Assembly (NCBI GenBank): GCA_965215565.1
Contig: CBDCDZ010000004.1
Coordinates: 2,848,001-2,912,000 of the forward strand
Length of the DNA stretch: 64,000 nt
Origin: Trueperaceae bacterium
Lineage (GTDB): Bacteria; Deinococcota; Deinococci; Deinococcales; Trueperaceae
Direction of reading: 5' to 3'
Shown here: positions 1 through 7,926 of the stretch, in pieces
How positions within the stretch are numbered: position 1 is the first letter of the stretch
Layout: every line of letters begins with the position of its first letter
Made by a program: the position numbers and the translations under genes
The notes under the pieces: model-generated
Seen by the model: the letters and a program-made list of their open reading frames with translations, nothing else
Databases searched by the model: none
Told to the model about the DNA's origin: nothing

Positions 1-189
1 CACCGTCAGCGGGATTTTGATGAGCGTTTTACCCTCGTCGTTCTTGAGGGTGATGCGGCGCACGTTGCCCTCGCGTAAAAGCTCGCGCATCTTGGTGGTG
101 ACTGTCTCGCCGCTCACGCGGAACTCTTCGGCGACGGTCCTCTCATCTGTGCTTTGGCTTGCCTCATAGTAGCTGCTGTTCTCGTCCAT
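1..189 (-). CDS. DUF4342-like protein (partial, runs off window start)
   Basis: Hand translation MDENSSYY...EEFRVSGETVTTKMRELLREGNVRRITLKNDEGKTLIKIPLTV; AAGGAGG RBS upstream. Confidence 0.7.
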   Translation of the reverse strand, partial: MDENSSYYEASQSTDERTVAEEFRVSGETVTTKMRELLREGNVRRITLKNDEGKTLIKIPLTV

Positions 190-275
190 GCCAATCCTCC
201 TTTATTTCCCGGAGTATAGACCTGGAGTGGAGGAGGTGTCATCACACTAAAGGTGGAGGATGAACGAAGAGAAAA

Positions 276-316
276 AGAAATAAGGACTGAGTTCTCTTCA
301 CTCAGTCCTTATTTCT
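276..316. terminator. Intrinsic terminator hairpin after 325..1347 gene
   Basis: AGAAATAAGGACTGAGT / ACTCAGTCCTTATTTCT inverted repeat. Confidence 0.7.
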
Positions 317-324
317 TAATCCTT

Positions 325-1347
325 TTAAGCGTTCTGAAGTTGTTCAGCGACTGCGTCTTTCACCGCTTCGTAGAGGTATGCCCGGTCCTTCGCCGGGGCG
401 CGCGCCGCTACTACATTGTCGTCGCCGAAGCGTTGCAGGGCGAGCACGCTCGTTTCCGAGGCGATGAGGAGTTCTTGCAACTTGCCGCCTGCGGGCTCGC
501 TGTAGCTCGAGAAGAGCGCCTTGACCTCGCCGAAGAGCGCGTCTGAGTCGCCGTAGCCCTGGCTGGGGCTGCCGCCCATCAAGTAGCCTGTCGTTACGGC
601 GCTCACGCTCGGGCAGGCGTCGCGCACGGCGTCGATGAGGTCCTGGTAGCGCCGCTGCTCGTCGGCTAAGCGGGCGGCTTCAGTCATCGCAGTGGTCACG
701 GGTAGATTGATCGTCGGGCGCGGCGGTGGCGTGAAGGGCTGTACCTGAAACTCGGCGTTCTCCAAGATGAGGACGAGCGCGAGCGCAGGCAGTCCGCTCA
801 GCGCGCTTTGCCCCTGTTTCGCTTCGGCGTGCGCCAAGATACCGTTGTTGACGTAAACGTGCGCGGTGTCGTCACCAAAGGAGAGGAGAGCGCTCTGCTT
901 GGCGATGCCCATCATCTCTAAGATGTCGGCGATGGCGACGAGTGAGGTGTTGCCCGAGAGCATGGAGGTGGTGAAGCGCTTGTCGGGTTGCGCCGCGTTG
1001 GGTGTACTCAGCGCGCTTTGACCGGGTTTGGGAAGCTGATCGGGCTTGAGGGGATAGTCCAGCACCGCGCTAGGCTGCTCGCCGCGCAGCTTGCCGTCGC
1101 TCCCCGGTGCGCGAACGAGGTAGAAGGGCACGCCCTCGGCTAAGCGCTTGGTCCAGGCCAAAAAGCCCGACGCGCTCGCGCCGCGCAGGTCCTCGTCGCA
1201 GAAAACAGCGTCGTAGAGCTTGGTGCGCAGGTTCTCCACGGCGGCTTTGGGGTCTTGCGCGACGTCGAGCTGCCAGTCAGTCGCCTCGAGCGCCTTTTGA
1301 ATATGAGTGAGACGACCATACGTCGTCGCGATAACAAGTGCCTGCAC
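325..1347 (-). CDS. Receiver-like + DUF4388 (PatA-N-like) domain protein
   Basis: N-terminal REC-like fold (YDAVFCDEDL); LSGNTSLVAIADILEMM...VYVNNGILAHA resembles DUF4388. Confidence 0.6.
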   Translation of the reverse strand: MQALVIATTYGRLTHIQKALEATDWQLDVAQDPKAAVENLRTKLYDAVFCDEDLRGASASGFLAWTKRLAEGVPFYLVRAPGSDGKLRGEQPSAVLDYPLKPDQLPKPGQSALSTPNAAQPDKRFTTSMLSGNTSLVAIADILEMMGIAKQSALLSFGDDTAHVYVNNGILAHAEAKQGQSALSGLPALALVLILENAEFQVQPFTPPPRPTINLPVTTAMTEAARLADEQRRYQDLIDAVRDACPSVSAVTTGYLMGGSPSQGYGDSDALFGEVKALFSSYSEPAGGKLQELLIASETSVLALQRFGDDNVVAARAPAKDRAYLYEAVKDAVAEQLQNA

Positions 1348-1399
1348 GAAAAATTCCTCCGAAGATATTGCGCGAAAATACGCAAAAATCTCATCTATT

Positions 1400-1510
1400 T
1401 AGCAGTTCCACGACACACTGAGACAGTTGAACGCAGGTATCATCTCTTAAAGTGCGTGCTAAACAGCGTTTCACAAAGTGAGAGTGTCTCTGACCAGATG
1501 ATACCTGCTA
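1400..1510 (+). mobile_element. 111-bp MITE-like repeat copy R1 (no insertions)
   Basis: TAGCAGTTCCACGACACACTGAGAC...CGCAGGTATCATC...AAGTGCGTGCTA...CCAGATGATACCTGCTA. Confidence 0.85.
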
Positions 1511-1558
1511 ATTGTAGAGGAGGGATTCGAGAAATGACGTGGGATTCTAGGCTTTTAT

Positions 1559-1735
1559 TTGCAGGTATCATCTGGTCGCGAGCGCTCTCACCGAAGAGAG
1601 CGTCTTCTAGCACGCACACTGAAGATGAAATTCCGCTCTCAGGCGAAGCCGTCCCGCTAGGCTTCGCCTGAGAGTGGGATGGTTCTTCGTCTGAGACTTG
1701 CGACACTTTATCTCAGTTATGTCGTGGTGCTGTGT
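1559..1735 (-). mobile_element. Repeat copy R2 with three nested ~22-nt insertions (177 bp)
   Basis: Reverse scaffold GCAGGTATCATCTGGTC...TAGCACGCAC...TCTCAGTTATGTCGTGG; 66 extra nt at about 1630-1696. Confidence 0.75.
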
Positions 1736-1736
1736 G

Positions 1737-1847
1737 TAGCAGTTCCACGACATACTGAGACAGTTGAGCGCAGATATCATCCCCCGAAGTGTGTGCTAGA
1801 CTGTTCATTTCTCGCTAAGGGTATCTCTGACCAGATGATACCTGCTA
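1737..1847 (+). mobile_element. 111-bp repeat copy R3 (no insertions)
   Basis: Same ends and motifs as R1, same length. Confidence 0.85.
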
Positions 1848-1919
1848 ATGAAAGCGAGAAGATATGTTTTTTCACGCTTGTTCACAATGCGAAAGCGTGT
1901 CAGGCTACGCCTGGAGGTG

Positions 1920-2171
1920 ATGATGAAAAAGCGTAGTGGGGATAATGAACACTACAAGAGGTGGCGCTTGCTCGCCCCGCTCGGGCTGGGCACGGTGGGT
2001 TTTGGCGCGAGTTTACTGGGTTACGCCGTCGAACTCAGGACGAGGCGGGCGGGCTTTACTACCTGGTTTGCGTGGGGCACGGTGAGTTTAGTCGTCCTCA
2101 ACTCGGGGCTGGCGCTGTTCGGCGAAGCGGTGAAACACCGCGTTCTTCTGGATTTGGAAGAATCAGACTAA
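1920..2171 (+). CDS. Small two-TM membrane protein
   Basis: GGAGG RBS before ATG at 1920/1923; two hydrophobic segments. Confidence 0.65.
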   Translation: MMKKRSGDNEHYKRWRLLAPLGLGTVGFGASLLGYAVELRTRRAGFTTWFAWGTVSLVVLNSGLALFGEAVKHRVLLDLEESD

Positions 2172-2227
2172 GTTCGTCATCGACCCTTTTTACACTGCAC
2201 CGCGCCACTTGTTACAATGACGCTACT

Positions 2228-3121
2228 TTGCCCCAGGTCATTGCAGTCATCTCGGATATCCACGCGAACCTCCAGGCGTTAGAGGCGGTTCTGGAGGATA
2301 TCGACTCGCTAGGGATAGAAGAGGTCATCGTCAACGGCGACGTCGTGAACCGGGGACCGAACAACGTGGCGGTATTGGAGCGCATCTTGGCGCTAGGCTA
2401 CCCTATGACCCTCGGCAACCACGACGACTTGGTGCGCAAGTGGATAGACCGAGATGAGAGCTTGCCCGCCGTCTGGTTCGACGACCCCTTTTGGGAGGGG
2501 ACCGCGTGGTCAGCGCGGCAGCTTGACGAGGCGGGGCTCATAAGCGTCTTCCGGGACTTGCCGATGACGCACAAGGTTGAGAAGGGCGACGCGCCGAGCC
2601 TGCTCATCTCGCACGGCAGTCCGCGCCACTACCGCGAGGGTTACGGCAAGTTCTTGAGCGACGAAGACATCGCTGAGATCGTGCAGCACCACCCCGCCGA
2701 CGCGCTGATCGGCTCACATACACACCGTCAGATGGAGCGTCACTGGGGAGCGTACACGGTGCTCAATACGGGGGCAGTCGGCACGCCGTTTAACGGCGAT
2801 CCTAGAGCCCAATACCTCATCATGCGTTTGCACGGTGAGGGACGAGGGGTCTGGACGCCCGAATTTCGGGCGGTGCGCTATGACAGAGGGGCGGCGCTAC
2901 GTGACTTCGAAACGTCTGGCTACTTAGAAGAGGGAGGGCTCAGCGCCCGCATCTTCTTTGAAGAATTGCGCACGGCGCGGGCTATTTACTCTACCTTTTG
3001 GATGTGGTCGGAGCAGCAGGGGAGGACGAAGGACTGGGCGAGTTGGCACGCCTTTCGCGAAGCGTACGCGGACAAGTTCACCTTGGCGAAAATGAGCGAG
3101 CCTGCGCCGAGTTCGGACTGA
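2228..3121 (+). CDS. Metallophosphoesterase (calcineurin-like)
   Basis: SDIHAN, GDVVNRG, GNHD, HGSP, HTH motifs; start placed at TTG 2228 just after TACAAT. Confidence 0.85.
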   Translation: MPQVIAVISDIHANLQALEAVLEDIDSLGIEEVIVNGDVVNRGPNNVAVLERILALGYPMTLGNHDDLVRKWIDRDESLPAVWFDDPFWEGTAWSARQLDEAGLISVFRDLPMTHKVEKGDAPSLLISHGSPRHYREGYGKFLSDEDIAEIVQHHPADALIGSHTHRQMERHWGAYTVLNTGAVGTPFNGDPRAQYLIMRLHGEGRGVWTPEFRAVRYDRGAALRDFETSGYLEEGGLSARIFFEELRTARAIYSTFWMWSEQQGRTKDWASWHAFREAYADKFTLAKMSEPAPSSD

Positions 3122-3292
3122 ACGCATCCTTCGCTCGAGCCCACCCCTTCACGTTCTTTGTCCCTTCACACTTCTCGGGTGACGCACCGGCGAGTGACAA
3201 ACTTCACACGAAACTTGCTAAAATTACCCTGTGCATGTCGTCTACCATTTATCTACCAACCTAAGAGTATGGACAAACCGAGAGGTGAAAAG

Positions 3293-5266
3293 ATGTCGTC
3301 TTCGGCGTTAGGACAGAGGGGCGAGGCGCAGACGAAGTCTCAAGCTCGAGTAGTGTGGTGGAGTATCGCACTAGAGATTCTTTACGGCGGGCTCTTCGCC
3401 GCAGTCGTCATCGCGATAGACCCTTGGGGCGGCGCGAATAGGGGACCTATTTGGACGCGCCCCAAGGTCTTTATGGTCATCTTTCTCACGCTGATCACCT
3501 GGGGCTACCTCCTCTACAGGTGGCTTTTGCCCGGCGAAGCCGAACCGGAGGGCGAGGACGAGAGGCAGAGGATGCTCGGGTGGCAGATCGCGTTCGCTAC
3601 TGTGCTCACCCTTATCGGCTGGGTCTACTTGCTCCTGAGCCGGTTCATTCCAGGTTCATTCAGCCCGGAGCTAATCGGCGACAATAAGCTCTTCGTCGCC
3701 GCTATCGTCACGGTATTCGCTTGGGGCGTCGTGCTCTTTTCTTGGCTCGCGAGGGCGAGAGAGGTACCTGGCTGGACGGACGCCCAGCACGAGACCTCCT
3801 TCGTCACTATCTTCACCACCTTAGTTTGGGGCTACTTGCTCGCCGCGCCCTACTTGTCGGGTGCGCTCAATCTGGAGCCCACGCGCAATCAGCTCTTCGT
3901 CGCCCTCATGTTCACGCTGCTCGCTTGGGGCGTGGTGCTGCTCCGCTGGCTTATGGCGGCGAGAGAGATGCCCGAAAGGGCGGAGAAGGGAGCGGGCTCG
4001 GCGTCAGTGACGTCGCGCTCCGCGTGGCGCGGCTCGCTCATCTTGTGGATGGTCTACTTAGCGCTAGGGCTACTCTCTGTCTACCTCAGCCCGTCGCCTA
4101 CGAGCGCCCTGCGCGCCCAGGTCGAGATGGGCGACGGCTGGTACTACTGGGCGATCGTCGGCGCGTTCACGCTCGGCAACATCTTGCTGCTGAGCCTTAA
4201 CCCAAGGCTCTTCAAGGTGCAGCTCTACGGCGTTTTGCTGGGCTCCTTCATTCTCGCGCTGAGCCTGGTGCCGCAAGCCTTCGACTGGACGATAGACTAC
4301 ACGGCAACTTCGGGTGAGCGTGCGTACGCGAACAAATTGCGGAGCGGCGCTTTCATCACGTGGATGCCCATCGGTCTCTACTCGCACCGGGGACACGCTG
4401 CGGTGGTTCTAGCCTTTGCGGGCGTGCTGGCGCTGCTGAGTTTGTTGAGAGGTTGGCTCAGACCTGCGCTCTTCTGGCCCCTCTTCGTCGTGCTCGTTGG
4501 CGGGGTCTACCTCACCTCGTCGCGCGGACCGCAGTTCGCTTTTATCGTCGGGCTCCTCTACCTCCTGGCGCGCTTTCCGCTGGCGCGTTTCTGGCGCAGG
4601 TCTTCGGGGCAGGTCAGGGCGCTGCTCGCCCTGATGATCCCCGTCGTATTAGGTAGTGCGTTCCTCCTCGTCCTAACGGCTGGCGGCGGAATGAGGAGGA
4701 TGCCCTCGTTAGACGGTAACTGGGACGACATCTCTTCAGGGCGCACCTATCTGTGGCGCACCGGCTACGCAGGCGTCAAAGAGCGTCCCCTCTTCGGCTG
4801 GGGTTTCAACGGCTTCGGGCTCTCTTGGCCGTTCGTCGCAGATTGGGAGGACCCCTACCGCTACGGTTTAATCGAGCGTCTATCGGAGAACGTGCCCGTG
4901 CAAGAGGTACTAGAGGTCAACAACTACAACTTCACCTATATCGGTACGGACGGCGAGCGGCGCGTCGGTCGGGCGTTCACCAACAAAGCCCACAACCTCT
5001 TTCTGGACACGATTTTGTCGGTAGGAATAGTCGGGTTCGCCGCCTATCTGCTGCTCATCGGCTACTTCATCTACCTGACCGGAAACGGTCCGGGACGGGG
5101 GCTCGAGGTAGTCGCCCTGGTCCACCTCGTTTACTGCTTGGCTTGGTTTGATACTGCACAATTTAGTCACCTAGTGTGGTGGTCACTAAGCGCCGGCGTC
5201 GCTCTGGCTACCACTCAGCAGGTGCGTAGCCGCAGCACCGCGCCGAGTGATACAAATTCCGGTTGA
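3293..5266 (+). CDS. O-antigen ligase / O-oligosaccharyltransferase family (Wzy_C) membrane protein
   Basis: Many TM helices; TSSRG, SSGRTYLW, RPLFGWG, KAHNLFLD motifs; AGAGGTG RBS before ATG 3293. Confidence 0.8.
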   Translation: MSSSALGQRGEAQTKSQARVVWWSIALEILYGGLFAAVVIAIDPWGGANRGPIWTRPKVFMVIFLTLITWGYLLYRWLLPGEAEPEGEDERQRMLGWQIAFATVLTLIGWVYLLLSRFIPGSFSPELIGDNKLFVAAIVTVFAWGVVLFSWLARAREVPGWTDAQHETSFVTIFTTLVWGYLLAAPYLSGALNLEPTRNQLFVALMFTLLAWGVVLLRWLMAAREMPERAEKGAGSASVTSRSAWRGSLILWMVYLALGLLSVYLSPSPTSALRAQVEMGDGWYYWAIVGAFTLGNILLLSLNPRLFKVQLYGVLLGSFILALSLVPQAFDWTIDYTATSGERAYANKLRSGAFITWMPIGLYSHRGHAAVVLAFAGVLALLSLLRGWLRPALFWPLFVVLVGGVYLTSSRGPQFAFIVGLLYLLARFPLARFWRRSSGQVRALLALMIPVVLGSAFLLVLTAGGGMRRMPSLDGNWDDISSGRTYLWRTGYAGVKERPLFGWGFNGFGLSWPFVADWEDPYRYGLIERLSENVPVQEVLEVNNYNFTYIGTDGERRVGRAFTNKAHNLFLDTILSVGIVGFAAYLLLIGYFIYLTGNGPGRGLEVVALVHLVYCLAWFDTAQFSHLVWWSLSAGVALATTQQVRSRSTAPSDTNSG

Positions 5267-5564
5267 TTACTTCATAAACTCCTTCGTCGTTTATTCCGTT
5301 ATCACCGGAATCCGTACTTGTTTCTACTCGCTGGAGAGTCCTCAACTGGGCGTATCATGCCGCTATAAATACCCGCCGCGTTCATTTGAAGATGCTACCT
5401 CCAGTTGAAGACTCTTTGCTCGGGATTAAACACGCGATAAAGTCGCGTGTTTAACCGGAAAGGGTATGAAGCGCCGCAGGTCACGCAGCCCCAAAGTAGA
5501 TAAAAGAGAAAAAGCCGGAGTGCTTAGCTCCAGCTTCCCTCTTTTTAAGAGTATCCAACAGTGT

Positions 5565-5747
5565 CTAGCCGCCGCCCGTCATCATACCGCCCGTCATCAT
5601 ACCGCCCGTCATCATACCGCCCGTCATGTCGCCGCCCGTCATGTCGCCGCCCGTCATCACGCCGCCTGTGTCCTGCGCAAAAGCGAAAACTGCGAGAACA
5701 GTGACGATCAGAATAGAAAGACCGGAGATGCTCAATGTCTTTTTCAT
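5565..5747 (-). CDS. Secreted 60-aa MTGG pentapeptide-repeat peptide
   Basis: Signal peptide ending AFA-Q, then DTGGV(MTGGx)6; AAAGGAG RBS. Confidence 0.75.
   Translation of the reverse strand: MKKTLSISGLSILIVTVLAVFAFAQDTGGVMTGGDMTGGDMTGGMMTGGMMTGGMMTGGG
5570..5672. repeat. 15-bp tandem repeat encoding MTGGx
   Basis: CCGCCCGTCAT(CATA/GTCG) repeated about six times. Confidence 0.9.
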
Positions 5748-5940
5748 GGATTCTCCTTTCTGTTGGCTCTACACTATACGGACTCGTACGTAAGTAAAAA
5801 ATTACACTCGGTCCATATGGATAGGAGTATAGAAGCTACAACATGAGGTTACAAGAGGATTTTGATGAGATGAAAATGTGGTCAAGTTAAAGGCGCTGTT
5901 CATTTATGACTATTTGTCTATAGACCTGTAGGGCATACGA

Positions 5941-5970
5941 AAAAGCCTTCCTCGAGCCGAGGAAGGCTTT
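5941..5970. terminator. Terminator hairpin
   Basis: AAAGCCTTCCTCG / CGAGGAAGGCTTT. Confidence 0.7.
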
Positions 5971-6169
5971 CTTATGTTAATTGAACTTAGAACGATTAGG
6001 CTGTGCTGACACTTGCCCTTTAAGAAAATCACTCATCGTCCCTACAAGGTAAACCTACGTACTTTATAGTCTTCTTATACCTTGCTTCTTGATTCCTACT
6101 CTTTGCTTTTTACTTTTTGCGTGCAGCAAGGCAAACCTTATAGAAGACAGTTCGAAAAGTCAACAGAGC

Positions 6170-6661
6170 CTAGTTGCCGCCCGTCATACTACCGCCTGTC
6201 ATACCGCCCGTCTCACTGGAGAGAAGTTGTCCGGCGTTGAGTAAAACCGTGCCGAGGTCCACGAGTTGCGCGACTTGGTCCCCTTCGGCTTGATCGGCGG
6301 CGTCGATAGTCCCTTCGCCGATAGAGGTGAGCAGGCGGCTGACCTCCCCTTGATCTATCGTCTCGGCGGAGAGCGCGCTCTGCAATTCTCCTAACTGATC
6401 GGCTAACGTGTTGAGCGCAGGATTGGACGCGCTGCTCAACGTGTTGCGCCAGCTCTCGATATTGCTCGAGGCGTTTTCTAAAGCGATGTCGGTGAGACCA
6501 CCCTCGAGGAGCGCCGTCGTCTCCGTCACCGACGGGGCGCTGCTATCCCCCGTCATGCCACCTGTCATACCGCCCGTCATGCTACCACCCGTCATCGTAC
6601 CGCCTGTTTGAGCAAAGGCGAGGCAGGTTAATAGAGCCAAAGTTATCGTTAGTATTTTCAT
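6170..6661 (-). CDS. Secreted protein with MTGG repeats flanking a helical acidic domain
   Basis: Signal peptide AFA-Q; MTGG repeats at both ends; paralog of 6942..7466. Confidence 0.75.
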   Translation of the reverse strand: MKILTITLALLTCLAFAQTGGTMTGGSMTGGMTGGMTGDSSAPSVTETTALLEGGLTDIALENASSNIESWRNTLSSASNPALNTLADQLGELQSALSAETIDQGEVSRLLTSIGEGTIDAADQAEGDQVAQLVDLGTVLLNAGQLLSSETGGMTGGSMTGGN

Positions 6662-6682
6662 CTTTTCTCCTTTTCGGTGCTT

Positions 6683-6859
6683 TAGCAGGTCTCAGCCTTT
6701 CTTAGGCGAAGCCTAGCGGATTGGCTAGCTGGACCTCATCTAGTCTGAAACACTCTCACTGTAGAAAACGTTGATGAGTGCCCACTTTTGGAGATGAAGA
6801 CCAACCAAACCTCGTCTGAGAACTGCGGTAATCTGTCTCAGTGTGTTCTGGAACTGCTA
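6683..6859 (-). mobile_element. Repeat copy R4 with three 22-nt insertions (177 bp)
   Basis: TAGCAGGT[44 nt]CTCATCTAGTC ... GATGAA[22 nt]AACTGCG...TGTCTCAGTGTGTTCTGGAACTGCTA. Confidence 0.7.
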
Positions 6860-6941
6860 CTTAGTGAGGTGAGCCCGATCAAATTTTGAGGACCGGACCC
6901 TCTTGTTCTCATTCCTGAATTGTGGCCTAAGTTGTGGCGCG

Positions 6942-7466
6942 CTAGTTGCCGCCCGTCATACCGCCCGTCGCGCCGCCCGTGACCGTGACGTCCTCGACGT
7001 CGATGTTCGAGAGGCTCGTGCCCGCGTCCGAGAGGAGCGTACCGAGGCTCGCGAGCTGCGCAGCTTCGTCGCCCTGCGCGCCCTCGGCTGCCGCGCTCGT
7101 TCTGCCGCCGAGTTCGGTGAGGAGCAAGCCTACCGAGGTTTGATCGATAGATTCGGTTTGTAGAGTCGCTTTGAGTTCTGCGAGCTGCTCAGCAATCGCG
7201 AGGAGCGCAGGGTCACCCGTACTCTCTAGTCGCATCTGCCATCCCTCAATATTGCTTATCGCTTGTTCGGCGGGTAAGTTCGTGAGACCACCCTCTAACG
7301 CCTCAATCGTGCCGCTAACCGTGGGTGATTCGTCGGTCATCCCGCCCGTCATCATGCCGCCCGTAGCCATGCCCCCTGTCATCGTGCCGCCCGTATCCTG
7401 CGCAAAGGCAGCGCCCATGAATAGTCCTAGAATAAACCCTGAAGTAAGTACGTGAATGAGTTTCAT
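6942..7466 (-). CDS. Secreted protein with MTGG repeats (paralog of 6170..6661)
   Basis: Signal peptide AFA-Q; shared LEGGLT..SNIE.W..L....PAL core; ends MTGGN. Confidence 0.75.
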   Translation of the reverse strand: MKLIHVLTSGFILGLFMGAAFAQDTGGTMTGGMATGGMMTGGMTDESPTVSGTIEALEGGLTNLPAEQAISNIEGWQMRLESTGDPALLAIAEQLAELKATLQTESIDQTSVGLLLTELGGRTSAAAEGAQGDEAAQLASLGTLLSDAGTSLSNIDVEDVTVTGGATGGMTGGN

Positions 7467-7574
7467 CTGCTCTCCTCCTGAAGTGTGAGATGTTGTGGAG
7501 CAACGCCCCCAGTTTTTTATCTGCTCACTTATCCTACACCAAGTGTTAAGTTTTTCACTCGGGCTAACGCCATC

Positions 7575-7756
7575 ATAGAGATGTTCTCGTTGGAAAACTT
7601 GGAAAAGGCTTACAGAGCGTAGGAATCGCTTCGGGTTCGAGAGTACAAACGTTCAGTACTTGCGGAATGGGGTCAATTAGGAGCCTAAGCGCTGACGGGC
7701 ACCGTAGGGTTCGAGCCCCGCGCATCTACTGTAGGAAAACAAAAGAGAACATCTAT
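7575..7756 (+). ncRNA. Candidate 6S-like RNA (long rod with central bubble)
   Basis: Nested pairings AGATGTTCTC/GAGAACATCT, CTTACAG/CTGTAGG, GGGTTCGA/TCGAGCCC, CGTTCAGTACTT/AAGCGCTGACG; G-U pairs favour the + strand. Confidence 0.45.
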
Positions 7757-7759
7757 AAA

Positions 7760-7843
7760 CTTGATATAACTAGACTCACATCTATTGACAAGGTTGAGTA
7801 ATGTTGTTATACTTTCAACAAGATTGAGTGTCTTGCACTTAGA
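7760..7843. promoter_or_regulatory. Two imperfect HAIR (HspR operator)-like sites flanking the dnaK promoter
   Basis: CTTGATA-N7-ACTCACA (7760-7780) and ATTGAGT-N7-ACTTAGA (7823-7843) versus consensus CTTGAGT-N7-ACTCAAG. Confidence 0.55.
7785..7813 (+). promoter_or_regulatory. Sigma70 promoter of dnaK operon
   Basis: TTGACA-N17-TATACT with extended TG. Confidence 0.8.
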
Positions 7844-7926
7844 TATTCTCCAGAATATTTGAGCATATCTTTGTCTTTATGATTGCAAGGCAGACTAAAG
7901 ACCCCAGAGATATATAAGGAGAAGAC

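Noticed and set aside
1636..1674. Long hairpin as an intrinsic terminator
   Set aside because: No U-tract; better explained by two oppositely oriented nested 22-nt inserts.
1400..1847. CRISPR array or integron attC interpretation of the clustered repeats
   Set aside because: Orientation alternates, there is no regular repeat-spacer period, no GTTRRRY cores at the ends, and no cas or integrase gene in the window.
1255..1936. ORFs sharing AVPRHTET/DQMIPA peptides (also 30353, 30656, 35685)
   Set aside because: They are translations of the 111-bp repeat, with no RBS or consistent boundaries.
7705..7730. tRNA fragment (GGGTTCGAGCCCC T-arm-like)
   Set aside because: No cloverleaf; the segment pairs within the larger rod structure.
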